Source: Balanoglossus misakiensis (Eukaryota > Animalia > Hemichordata). Taken from it: a stretch of DNA of 64,000 nucleotides. The stretch lies in assembly GCA_040954595.2 (NCBI GenBank), contig CM082596.2:7518468-7582467 (forward strand), written 5' to 3'. Within the stretch, counting starts at the first letter, position 1. Each line of letters begins with the position of its first letter. The position numbers and the translations under genes are program-made. Shown one piece after another: positions 1 through 14,100 of this stretch. The notes beneath the pieces are model-generated. The model was not told the DNA's origin. It did no database searches and was given only the letters and a program-made list of their open reading frames with translations.

Positions 1-1093
1 GCCCATGACGTTGCAACGTTGGTCTGATTTTAGAGCTGTGTCAACTGACCAGAAATATTTCTGGTGGTACACGCATTTATACTGGTTAACTCTAGTATCA
101 CGGCCACACGTCACGTTCGCTATTGTCACAAAATTTATCAGTTCTGGAATTTTTATTTTGTTGACGTTGTCTGTTGCTCTTTCGGGACGCCAGCGAACGA
201 TACCTGAAATGTAATGTAATGTACAAGTACGTCGTGCAGAAGTGCGCCCTCTTGAGTACAAATGAAAAATATATTGCAAGCGCGTGCGCGTCAGGTCGCA
301 TTGGTTTTATTCAACGGGTAACGCATCGTGTGTACTTAGTCATCATGTTGTTGCTACCAACTTGATAATGATAGCTAATTTTAGCTAGCAAGAAAAAAAC
401 ACGAAATTCGAGCCCTGTCTTTTTTACCTTGAACATGTTGAAGGCTGCTGTCACTGTAGCAAGCCCGACAGTAACCTAACTATAACACCTGGCGAAATCA
501 GGTGTAATTGTCTGAAATAATAGAGAGGTTTAGTTACACGTAAATACGCGTACGTCTGACGGCAGGCAGTGGCGTTCGCGTATGCGTAGCGACGCGTGAA
601 TTTTGCGGTTTAGTGGTCCGTTTTGAATAACAAAAATATTTAAAAACAATAGAAAATTCAAATATTTATCACTTCAATAAATTTTGTGTGTGATGAATAT
701 TCTCTAAGATCACCACCCTTGCAATAAGTTTCTTGACTGCAGTGGAAAGATAGTTTAGTGAAGTTTTTCGATGTCTTTGTCGAGGCGTCCACTGAAAACG
801 TAGTTTGGGAATACATTTTTGTGTTTATGTTTTGAAAACACCAAATAGCGCCGGTTTTAGCACATATGGCAGATTTTTTTAGATAACATGGATGCTGGCT
901 ACATCACAATTGCACTGCAGAGATCAATCGCTCAAATTAAAGAGAGAATATCGAGAAATTCCGAAAAAATGTTACACGTAATCATGATTACGCGTAGAAG
1001 CGTCGCTTGCCGTTCCGAACGTCTGTTCTACGCGTACGCGACCTCTGCTTATCACGTGACAATGACGCTACGCGTACTGATCGAACGTATTTA

Positions 1094-1894
1094 GGCTGCA
1101 TTCACAAACACCTCTGGAGGGGGGGGCGGGAGAATTCAATTTTTTTTACCGCTAATTTTCACATGCCCCCCTTCCAAACTGCCAATATTTTCAAATCCCC
1201 CCCTTTCGAACTGCCAAAATTTTGAAATCCCCCCCCATTTTCTTTCACAGAGCAAAACACATCACCTATCTATCTTGTAAAAAGAAAAACAGCACTCCCA
1301 TGAAAAGAATTTGAAACTGATTTTTCCCCTCATCAGTGGGTATTAAAACTGAACATTGTTTTTATTTTTTAAGTACATATATTTGTATTCTGTGTTGGGA
1401 GACATTGTAAACCGATAATTGAAGGGGGTGGGTTTGGGAGGGGGTGTCCCCCTCCCACGTAAGAAAATTTTCTAAAATACAGAGCTCAAAGCTGCATTTT
1501 AATGAACCCGGCTAAAGCAAATTAACTCAACTACCGGTATGTTGGGGAGGACAAATTTAACCGTCGCCGCTCAAAGTTATCATGGGGTGGGGGCAAGTCC
1601 CCTGACCTGGGACACTAGATAAACCAGTCAATGATTGAAAGGTGTTGATGAATGGAGGGGGTGGGTGTGGGAGGGGGTGTCCCCCTCCCACATTAGAAAA
1701 TTTTGTAAAATAAAGGGCGCGAAACTGCATTTTTGTGGACTCAAAATAAATATTTAGTCGTTAAAGTTTTCAAGTCCCCCCCTTTCAGTCCCTAAATTAT
1801 TTCAAATCCCCCCCCTTACATACCCTTAATTTTTTCAAATCCCCCCCCCTCAATTCTCCCGCCCCCCCCTCCAGAGGTGTTTGTGAATGCAGCC
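1094..1894. mobile_element. Non-autonomous TIR element (PIF/Harbinger-like MITE), copy 1
   Basis: Terminal inverted repeats GGCTGCATTCACAAACACCTCTGGAGGGGGGGGCGGGAGAATT...; flanks TTA/TAA; a closely similar copy lies at 45727-46549. Superfamily inferred from GGC termini and TWA target. Confidence 0.75.
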
Positions 1895-2136
1895 TAACAT
1901 CAAATTTTCAAGACTATCTCTGCATCATATTCGGCCCATTATTGTACTCACCATCGTCAATCAAAGATTGTTAAAACGTTCTATTTATTTATATTGGCCT
2001 TTTGTACACTCTGCATATCTGTGACTGCAGCTCACTGTAATGAAATTGCTAGAGGATTTTATTCAAACGATCAAGTGTTGACACATATGAAATGTATCAG
2101 ATTTGTGATGTCATTTTTATTCCATCTTCATTCCAG

Positions 2137-5100
2137 TATAATTTAACAGCATTGCATGCAGCATCCTGGAAAGGTGGATTGGATACTATGAGTGTGTTGA
2201 TTTCCCTTGGTTCAGATGTCAATGCGAAGACTGGGGTACATAAACTAACAAGTTATTACTTCATTAAGGACAAAGAAAATGGCTTCATGTGTATTTATAT
2301 CTTTATGATCTCTGGATAATTTTGTTATTGACAATTATAAAAATTACAAAACATTTGTTTTTGGGTCCCATTGGTATGTATCATGGGACCTTATGGGATC
2401 GGTTACGTCTGTATGGATGGATGGATGGATGGATGGATGTATGTCTGTATGTATGTATGTATGGATGGATGGATGGATGTATGTCTGTATGTATGTATGT
2501 ATGTATGGATGGATGGATGGATGGATGGATGGATGTCTGTATGTATGTATGTATGGATGGATGGATGGATGGATGGATGGATGGATGGATGGATGTCTGT
2601 ATGTATGGATGGATGGATGGATGTATGTCTGTATGTATGGATGGATGGATGTATGTCTGGATGGATGGATGGATGGATGGATGGATGGATGTCTGTATGG
2701 ATGGATGGATGGATGGATGGATGTCTGTATGTATGTATGTATGGATGGATGGATGGATGGATGTATGTCTGTATGGATGTCTGGATGGATGGATGGATGG
2801 ATGGATGGATGGATGTCTGTATGTATGGATGGATGGATGGATGGATGGATGGATGGATGTATGTCTGTATGTATGTATGTATGGATGGATGGATGGATGG
2901 ATGGATGGATGTCTGTATGTATGGATGGATGGATGGATGGATGTATGTCTGTATGTATGTATGTATGTATGGATGGATGGATGGATGTATGTCTGTATGT
3001 ATGTATGTATGGATGGATGGATGGATGGATGTATGTCTGTATGTATGGATGGATGGATGGATGGATGGATGGATGTATGTCTGTATGTCCGTCCACATCA
3101 AAAACTTGCAAACCGCTGCGTGTATCACCTTGATATTTGATGTGCAGATGCAGGCTGAGCTGTAGATGGGAGTTTGTTCAAAGGAAGTTGTCATTGTCAA
3201 AAATATGCAAATTAGCTGGGAAAATGTGAATTTGGGCAAAACTCAGTAACTCAAGAACTACTGGTCAGATTGCTTTGCAAAGTGGTGTGTATTTACTTTA
3301 TTGAGTTGATTTAATTAGGCAGGAACTCTCCTGCTGTGTTTCATATAAACACAGCAAATTTCTGATGATTACATAACTGGCTAAGTTTTAAAAAGGCCAG
3401 TATGTACAGTATATATGCCATTGGCAGCTTATGGGTCAGTCAGGGTTTGCCCATTGATCTCTCGCTATGTGTGTGTGTGTCTGTCTGTCTGTATATGGCC
3501 ATGTACTCCGGTGTAGACTTTTTCTTGTGTAATCACTCAATGGGACCACCGTGTCCTTGACGCGATTTTTAGAGTCTTCAATTAACACCATGTGTGGTTT
3601 GGTTAATTCTAATCAACATACAAACATTTGCTTGTCAGTTTGTTTTGTTTGTATGGTGAAAGAGACCTGACAGTACATTTTAACTTTTGTGACATTGTTC
3701 TCATGCTCCTCCTTCATTACTTACAGGATGGAGACACACCTTTGCACTTTGCAGCAAGGTATGGCGATGAAGGCTGTGTCAGATTGTTATTGGAACACAA
3801 AGCTGATGCTAACATACAAAACAAGGTAAATGCAAACCTGACTTCTACAGGTTAATTCTAATCAACATACAAACATTTGTTTGTTTGTTTGTTTAAGGAA
3901 ATCTCACAGTACATTTCAATTTTTGTGACATTGTTCTCATGCTCCTCCTTCATTACTTACAGCATGGAGACACACCTTTGCACGTTGTTGCAGCAAGGTC
4001 TGGTGATGAAGGCCGTGTCAGATTGTTATTGGAACACAAAGCTGATGCTAACATACAAAACAAGGTAAATACCAACATAATTTCTACAGGTTATTGCTAC
4101 TCAACACAATTATAATCATTTGTTTGTATGTATGTATGTATGTTTGTTTGTTTGTTTGTTTGTTTGTTTGTTTGTTTAAGGAAATCTCACATTACATTTC
4201 AATTTTTGTGACATTGTTCTCATGCTCCTCCTTCATTACTTACAGGATGGAGACACACCTTTGCACTCTGCAGCAGAGAGTGGTGATGAAGGCCGTGTCA
4301 GATTGTTATTGGAACACAAAGCTGATGCTAACATTCATAACAAGGTAAATACAAACCTGACTTCTATAGGTTAATTCTAATCAACAAACAAACATGTATT
4401 TGTTTGTTTGTTTGTTTGTTTAAGGAAGTACATTTCAATTTTTGTGACATTGTTCTCATGCTCCTCCTTCATTACTTACAGCATGGAGACACACCTTTGC
4501 ACGTTGCAGCAAGGTCTGGTGATGAAGGCCGTGTCAGATTGTTATTGGAACACAAAGCTGATGCTAACATACAAAACAAGGTAAATACCAACATAATTTC
4601 TACAGGTTATTGCTACTCAACACAATTATAATCATTTGTTTGTATGTATGTATGTATGTTTGTTTGTTTGTTTGTTTAAGGAAATCTCACATTACATTTC
4701 AATTTTTGTGACATTGTTCTCATGCTCCTCCTTCATTACTTACAGGATGGAGACACACCTTTGCACTCTGCAGCAGAGGGTGGTGATGAAGGCCGTGTCA
4801 GATTGTTATTGGAACACAAAGCTGATGCTAACATTCATAACAAGGTAAATACAAACCTGACTTCTATAGGTTAATTCTAATCAACAAACAAACATGTATT
4901 TGTTTGTTTGTTTGTTTGTTTAAGGAAGTACATTTGAATTTTTGTGACATTGTTCTCATGCTCCTCCTTCATTACTTACAGCATGGAGACACACCTTTGC
5001 ACGTTGCAGCAAGGTCTGGTGATGAAGGCCGTGTCAGATTGTTATTGGAACACAAAGCTGATGCTAACATACAAAACAAGGTAAATACCAACATAATTTC

Positions 5101-8100
5101 TACAGGTTATTGCTACTCAACACAATTATAATCATTTGTTTGTATGTATGTATGTATGTTTGTTTGTTTGTTTGTTTGTTTGTTTGTTTGTTTGTTTAAG
5201 GAAATCTCACATTACATTTCAATTTTTGTGACATTGTTCTCATGCTCCTCCTTCATTACTTACAGGATGGAGACACACCTTTGCACTCTGCAGCAGAGGG
5301 TGGTGATGAAGGCCGTGTCAGATTGTTATTGGAACACAAAGCTGATGCTAACATTCATAACAAGGTAAATACAAACCTGACTTCTATAGGTTAATTCTAA
5401 TCAACAAACAAACATGTATTTGTTTGTTTGTTTGTTTGTTTGTTTAAGGAAGTACATTTGAATTTTTGTGACATTGTTCTCATGCTCCTCCTTCATTACT
5501 TACAGGATGGAAACACACCTTTGCACTTTGCAGCAGCAATGGATGGTGATGAAGGCCGTGTCAGATTGTTATTGGAACACAAAGCTGATGCTAACATACA
5601 AAACAAGGTAAATGCAAACCTGACTTCTACAGGATATTGCTACTCAACATACAAACATTTGTTTGTTTGTTCTGTTTATTTATTTAAGGAGATCTCACAG
5701 TACATTTTAATTTTTGTGACATTGTTCTCATGCTCCTCCTTCATTACTTACAGAACGGAGACACACCTTTGCACTTTGCAGCAAGGTATGGTGATGAAGG
5801 CCGTGTCAGTTTGTTATTGGAACACAAAGCTGATGCTAACATACAAAACAAGGTAAATACAAACCTGATTTCTATAGATTAATTCTAATCAACAAACAAA
5901 CAAACAAACATGTATGTGTTTGTTTGTTTAAGGAAACCTCACATTACATTTCAATTTTTGTGACATTGTTCTCATGCTCCTCCTTCATTACTTACAGGAT
6001 GGAGACACACCTTTGCACTGTGCAGCAGCAAGGTATGGTGATGAAGGCCGTGTCAGATTGTTATTGGAACACAAAGCTGATGCTAACATACAAAACAAGG
6101 TAAATACCAACATGACTTCTACAGGTTAATTCTAATCAACATGCAAACATTTGTTTGTTTGTTTTGTTTATTTATTTAAGGAGATCTCACAGTACATTTC
6201 AATTTTTGTGACATTGTTCTCATGCTCCTCCTTCATTACTTACAGGGTGGAGACACACCCTTGCACTTTGCAGCAAGGTATGGTGATGAAGGCCGTGTCA
6301 GATTGTTATTGGAACACAAAGCTGATGTTAACATAAAAAACAAGGTAAATACAAACCTGACTTCTACAGGTTATTGCTACTCAACATACAAACATTTGTT
6401 TGTTTTTTCTGTTTATTTATTTAAGGAGATCTCACAGTACATTTCAATTTTTGTGACATTGTTCTCATGCTCCTCCTTCATTACTTACAGGGTGGAGACA
6501 CACCCTTGCACTTTGCAGCAAGGTCTGGTGATGAAGGCCGTGTCAGATTGTTATTGGAACACAAAGCTGATGTTAACATACAAAACAAGGTGAATACAAA
6601 CCTGACTTCTATAGGATAATTCTAATCAACATACAAACATTTGTTTGTTTGTTCTGTTTATTTATTTAAGGAGATCTCACAGTACATTTTAATTTTTGTG
6701 ACATTGTTCTCATGCTCCTCCTTCATTACTTACAGAACGGAGACACACCTTTGCACTTTGCAGCAAGGTCTGGTGATGAAGGCCGTGTCAGATTGTTATT
6801 GGAACACAAAGCTGATGCTAACATTCATAACAAGGTAAATACAAACCTGACTTCTATAGGTTAATTCTAATCAACAAACAAACATGTATTTGTTTGTTTG
6901 TTTGTTTGTTTGTTTGTTTAAGGAAGTACATTTCAATTTTTGTGACATTGTTCTCATGCTCCTCCTTCATTACTTACAGCATGGAGACACACCTTTGCAT
7001 GTTGCAGCAAGGTCTGGTGATGAAGGCCGTGTCAGATTGTTATTGGAACACAAAGCTGATGCTAACATTCATAACAAGGTAAATACAAACCTGACTTCTA
7101 TAGGTTAATTCTAATCAACAAACAAACATGTATTTGTTTGTTTGTTTGTTTGTTTGTTTGTTTAAGGAAGTACATTTGAATTTTTGTGACATTGTTCTCA
7201 TGCTCCTCCTTCATTACTTACAGGATGGAGACACACCTTTGCACTCTGCAGCAGAGGGTGGTGATGAAGGCTGTGTCAGATTGTTATTGGAACACAAAGC
7301 TGATGCTAACATAAAAAACAAGGTAAATACAAACCTGACTTCTACAGGTTAATTCTAATCAACATACAAACGTTTGTTTGTTTGTTCTGTTTATTTATTT
7401 AAGGAGATCTCACAGTACATTTCAATTTTTGTGTCATTATTCTCATGCTCCTCCTTCATTACTTACAGGATGGAAACACACCTTTGCACTTTGCAGCAGC
7501 AAGGGATGGTGATGAAGGCCGTGTCAGATTGTTATTGGAACACAAAGCTGATGCTAACATAAAAAACAAGGTAAATACAAACCTGACTTCTACAGGTTAA
7601 TTCTAATCAACATACAAACGTTTGTTTGTTTGTTCTGTTTATTTATTTAAGGAGATCTCACAGTACATTTCAATTTTTGTGTCATTATTCTCATGCTCCT
7701 CCTTCATTACTTACAGGATGGAAACACACCTTTGCACTTTGCAGCAGCAAGGGATGGTGATGAAGGCCGTGTCAGATTGTTATTGGAACACAAAGCTGAT
7801 GCTAACATTCATAACAAGGTAAATACAAACCTGACTTCTATAGGTTAATTCTAATCAACAAACAAACAAACATGTATTTGTTTGTTTGTTTAAGGAAACC
7901 TCACATTACATTTCAATTTTTGTGACATTGTTCTCATGCTCCTCCTTCATTACTTACAGGATGGAAACACACCTTTGCACATTTCAGCAGCAAGGGATGG
8001 TGATGAAGGCAGTGTCAGATTGTTATTGGAACACAAAGCTGATGCTAACATACAAAACAAGGTAAATACAAACCTGACTTCTACAGGTTATTGCTACTCA

Positions 8101-11100
8101 ACATACAAACATTTGTTTGTTTGTTCTGTTTATTTATTTAAGGAGATCTCACAGTACATTTCAATTTTTGTGACATTGTTCTCATGCTCCTCCTTCATTA
8201 CTTACAGGGTGGAGACACACCCTTGCACTTTGCAGCAAGGTCTGGTGATGAAGGCCGTGTCAGATTGTTATTGGAACACAAAGCTGATGTTAACATACAA
8301 AACAAGGTGAATACAAACCTGACTTCTACAGGTTAATTCTAATTAACATACAAACATTTGTTTGTTTTTTCTGTTTATTTATTTAAGGAGATCTCACAGT
8401 ACATTTTAATTTTTGTGACATTGTTCTCATGCTCCTCCTTCATTACTTACAGGATGGAGACACACCTTTGCACTCTGCAGCAGAGGGTGGTGATGAAGGC
8501 CGTGTCACGTTGTTATTGGAACACAAAGCTGATGCTAACATTCAAAACAAGGTAAATACAAACCTGACTTCTACAGGATATTGCTACTCAACATACAAAC
8601 ATTTGTTTGTTTGTTCTGTTTATTTATTTAAGGAGATCTCACAGTACATTTCAATTTTTGTGACATTGTTCTCATGCTCCTTCTTCATTACTTACAGAAC
8701 GGAGACACACCTTTGCACTTTGCAGCAAGGTCTGGTGATGAAGGCTGTGTCAGATTGTTATTGGAACACAAAGCTGATGCTAACATACAAAACAAGGTAA
8801 ATTCCACCATGACTTCTACAGGGTAATTCTTAATTAACAACCAAACATTTATTTGTTTGTTTGTTTGTTTGTTTGTTTAAGGAAACCCCACATTACATTT
8901 TAATTATTGTGACATTGTTCTCATGCTCCTCCTTCATTACTTACAGGATGGAAACACACCTTTGCACTCTGCAGCAAGGTATGTTCATGAAGACCGTGTC
9001 AGATTGTTATTGGAACACAAAGCTGATGTTAACATACAAAACAAGGTAAATACAAACCTGACTTCTATAGGTTAATTCTAATCAACAAACAAACGTGTAT
9101 TTGTTTGTTTGCATGTTTGTTTGTTTAAGGAAACCTCACAGTACATTTCAATTTTTGTGACATTGTTCTCATGCTCCTCCTTCATTACTTACAGAATGGA
9201 GACACACCTTTGCACTTTGCAGCAAGGTCTGGTGATGAAGGCCGTGTCAGATTGTTATTGGAACACAAAGCTGATGCTAACATTCATAACAAGGTAAATA
9301 CAAACCTGACTTCTATAGGTTAATTCTAATCAACAAACAAACATGTATTTGTTTGTTTGTTTGTTTGTTTAAGGAAACCTCACAGTACATTTCAATTTTT
9401 GTGACATTGTTCTCATGCTCCTTCTTCATTACTTACAGAACGGAGACACACCTTTGCACTTTGCAGCAAGGTCTGGTGATGAAGGCCGTGTCAGATTGTT
9501 ATTGGAACACAAAGCTGATGCTAACATACAAAACAAGGTAAATACAAACCTGACTTCTATAGGTTAATTCTAATCAACAAACAAACATGTATTTGTTTGT
9601 TTGTTTGTTTGTTTAAGGAAACCTCACAGTACATTTCAATTTTTGTGACATTGTTCTCATGCTCCTTCTTCATTACTTACAGAACGGAGACACACCTTTG
9701 CACTTTGCAGCAAGGTCTGGTGATGAAGGCCGTGTCAGATTGTTATTGGAACACAAAGCTGATGCTAACATTCATAACAAGGTAAATACAAACCTGACTT
9801 CTATAGGTTAATTCTAATCAACAAACAAACAAACATGTATTTGTTTGTTTGTTTAAGGAAACCTCACATTACATTTCAATTTTTGTGACATTGTTCTCAT
9901 GCTCCTCCTTCATTATTTACAGAATGGAGACACACCTTTGCACTATGCAGCAGCAAGGTCTGATGGTGAAGGCTGTGTCAGATTGTTATTGGAACACAAA
10001 GCTGATACTAACATTCATAACAAGGTAAATACAAACCTGACTTCTATAGGTTAATTCTAATCAACAAACAAACATGTATTTGTTTGTTTGCATGTTTGTT
10101 TGTTTAAGGAAACCTCACAGTACATTTCAATTTTTGTGACATTGTTCTCATGCTCCTCCTTCATTACTTACAGAATGGAGACACACCTTTGCACTTTGCA
10201 GCAAGGTCTGGTGATGAAGGCCGTGTCAGATTGTTATTGGAACACAAAGCTTATGTTAACATACAGAACAAGGTAAATACAAACCTGACTTCTATAGGTT
10301 AATTCTAATCAACAAACAAACATGTATTTGTTTGTTTGTTTGTTTGTTTGTTTGTTTAAGGAAACCTCACAGTACATTTCAATTTTTGTGACATTGTTCT
10401 CATGCTCCTCCTTCATTACTTACAGAATGGAGACACACCTTTGCACTTTGCAGCAAGGTCTGGTGATGAAGGCCGTGTCAGATTGTTATTGGAACACAAA
10501 GCTTATGTTAACATACAGAACAAGGTAAATACAAACCTGACTTCTATAGGTTAATTCTAATCAACAAACAAACATGTATTTGTTTGTTTGTTTGTTTAAG
10601 GAAACCTCACAGTACATTTCAATTTTTGTGACATTGTTCTCATGCTCCTCCTTCATTTCTTACAGAATGGAGACACACCTTTGCACTTTGCAGCAAGGTC
10701 TGGTGATGAAGGCTGTGTCAGATTGTTATTGGAACACAAAGCTGATGTTAACATACAGAACAAGGTAAATACAAAGCTGACTTCTACAGGTTAATTCTAA
10801 TCAACAGACAAACATTTGTTTGTTTGTTTGTTCTGTTTATTTATTTAAGGAGATCTCACAGTACATTTCAATTTTTGTGACATTGTTCTCATGCTCCTTC
10901 TTCATTACTTACAGAACGGAGACACACCTTTGCACTTTGCAGCAAGGTCTGGTGATGAAGGCCGTGTCAGATTGTTATTGGAACACAAAGCTGATGCTAA
11001 CATTCATAACAAGGTAAATACAAACCTGACTTCTATAGGTTAATTCTAATCAACAAACAAACAAACATGTATTTGTTTGTTTGTTTAAGGAAACCTCACA

Positions 11101-14100
11101 TTACATTTCAATTTTTGTGACATTGTTCTCATGCTCCTCCTTCATTATTTACAGAATGGAGACACACCTTTGCACTATGCAGCAGCAAGGTCTGATGGTG
11201 AAGGCTGTGTCAGATTGTTATTGGAACACAAAGCTGATACTAACATTCATAACAAGGTAAATACAAACCTGACTTCTATAGGTTAATTCTAATCAACAAA
11301 CAAACATGTATTTGTTTGTTTGCATGTTTGTTTGTTTAAGGAAACCTCACAGTACATTTCAATTTTTGTGACATTGTTCTCATGCTCCTCCTTCATTACT
11401 TACAGAATGGAGACACACCTTTGCACTTTGCAGCAAGGTCTGGTGATGAAGGCCGTGTCAGATTGTTATTGGAACACAAAGCTTATGTTAACATACAGAA
11501 CAAGGTAAATACAAACCTGACTTCTATAGGTTAATTCTAATCAACAAACAAACATGTATTTGTTTGTTTGTTTGTTTGTTTGTTTGTTTAAGGAAACCTC
11601 ACAGTACATTTCAATTTTTGTGACATTGTTCTCATGCTCCTCCTTCATTACTTACAGAATGGAGACACACCTTTGCACTTTGCAGCAAGGTCTGGTGATG
11701 AAGGCCGTCTCAGATTGTTATTGGAACACAAAGCTTATGTTAACATACAGAACAAGGTAAATACAAACCTGACTTCTATAGGTTAATTCTAATCAACAAA
11801 CAAACATGTATTTGTTTGTTTGTTTGTTTAAGGAAACCTCACAGTACATTTCAATTTTTGTGACATTGTTCTCATGCTCCTCCTTCATTTCTTACAGAAT
11901 GGAGACACACCTTTGCACTTTGCAGCAAGGTCTGGTGATGAAGGCTGTGTCAGATTGTTATTGGAACACAAAGCTGATGTTAACATACAGAACAAGGTAA
12001 ATACAAAGCTGACTTCTACAGGTTAATTCTAATCAACAGACAAACATTTGTTTGTTTGTTTGTTCTGTTTATTTATTTAAGGAGATCTCACAGTACATTT
12101 CAATTTTTGTGACATTGTTCTCATTCTCCTCCTTCATATCTTACAGGGTGGAGACACACCTTTGCACTTTGCAGCAGAGGATGGCGATGAAGGCTGTGTC
12201 AGATTGTTATTGGAACACAAAGCTGATGTTAACATACAAAACAAGGTACATACAAACCTGACTTCTACAGGTTAATTCTAATCAACATACAAACAATTGT
12301 TTGTTTTTTTCTGTTTATTTATTTAAGGAGATCTCACAGTACATTTCAATTTTTGTGACATTGTTCTCATGCTCCTCCTTCATTACTTACAGGGTGGAGA
12401 CACACCCTTGCACTTTGCAGCAAGGTATGGCGATGAAGGCCGTGTCAGATTGTTATTGAAACACAAAGCTGATGCTAACATACAAAACAAGGTAAATGCA
12501 AACCTGACTTCTACAGGTTAATTCTAATCAACATACAAACATTTGTTTGTTTGTAAAAGGAAACCTCAAATTACATGTTAATTTCTGTGACATGATTATC
12601 ATTCTCCTTCTTCATTACTAATACAGAAAGGCAATGCAAGATCAATTCCAAAGATGTTAAAACGTTTGATTTTTCTACATTATTTTTAAATAATAACACA
12701 TGAAAGTAAGGGCAATGTTACCCGAGCATCATGTGTTATTAATTTTATTACGCTGAACATTTGAACGTACATACACTGTAGAATAGAAGAACGTAGGGTT
12801 GTGTCCATGTCTTACGTTGCTGAGAATGTAAAATGTCTCGATCTCCCAAGAACTATACCTACTTCGAACTCGGATAATTTTTAAGCATACTGCGCTGTTG
12901 GTTGCGATTTTGATGTCTTTACTGCCCGTTTGCAGTAAAATATCATCCAGTTTAACAGGTGTTAAGCCTATGTGTCGCTTTGAAGCCATAGATGTGGGAG
13001 TTGACTGATCGTGGAGGAAGCCATTGAACGACAGTTTGTTACGCGCAGAAGTCGCGCGCAGAACACCAAAACAACCCAGCGGGCGATCAACATAGGGCTT
13101 TTTTTCTCTATATGTCACGTGAGCGCATCTCAGCCAATCACGAATACGACATAATACATGAAGTGTAATAAACCACAATACCACAATATTTGGAAAACAT
13201 CATCAACCAAGCATTTTTAGGTCCCATTGGTATGTACATGTACCATGGGACCTTATGGGATGGGTTGCGTCTGTATGTATGTATGGATGGATGTATGTCT
13301 GTATGTCTGTCCACATCAAAAACTTGAAAACCGCAGCACGTATGACCTCGATATTTGGTGTCTAGATGCAGGCAGGGCTGTAGATTAGTCTCGGTTACCC
13401 AGACCCCCCTGCTTCTTCCGTTGGGCACTCCAGAAAGAGGGTCTGGGGAAACCCGGTAGACAAATCGCCGGGCCGACTCGGGACAGCTGCGATGCATGAC
13501 GGGAGATTAATATTCCAAAATGGCGACGTCCTGCGCGCGAACCTCACGGCCGACATGTATGACATACGATAAAGAAAACATGCTGAGAAGTGCTAGACCT
13601 GCTAAAACTGTCTACAAATTGAAAAGAGAGAGAGAAGTTTGGTAAATAGTTTTCTAATATCGTCATATCATAATATCGTATCGAATATTAATCTCCCGTC
13701 ATGCATCGCAGCTGTCCCGAGTCGGCCCGGCGATTTGTCTACCGGGTTTCCCCAGACCCTCTTTCTGGAGTGCCCAACGGAAGAAGCAGGGGGGTCTGGG
13801 TAACCGAGACTAGGCTGTAGATGGGAGTTTGTTCAAATGAAGGTGTCATTGCCAAAAATATGCAAATTAGCTGGGAAAATGTGAAATTGGTCAAAACTCA
13901 AACACCACTGGTCATATTGATTTGAAAATTGGTATGCATGTACATTATGTCAACCTCAAACAGTCCTGTATGTTTTTAGCTAATATTATCGATTTCCTAT
14001 TTTTTTTTCATTTTTTTGTATTTTTCCATGTTATTGTTGAAAAGTCTTCATTTCTGAAAGTGATGGGCTTACTTCTTTGAAATTTAGTATGAAGCTTCCT

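Noticed and set aside
520-1090. CpG-rich ACGCGT-containing segment starting TAGAGAGGTTTAG, transposon-like
   Set aside because: No matching opposite terminus or TSD found, so it cannot be delimited.
2289-3239. Long ORFs on both strands (MDGW.../HPSI...)
   Set aside because: Translations of a stop-free tetranucleotide microsatellite.
3628-12500. CRISPR-like repeat-spacer appearance, and the many short [10 protein letters not shown] ORFs
   Set aside because: Whole units repeat with splice sites and no unique spacers or cas genes; those ORFs are off-frame readings of the ankyrin exons.
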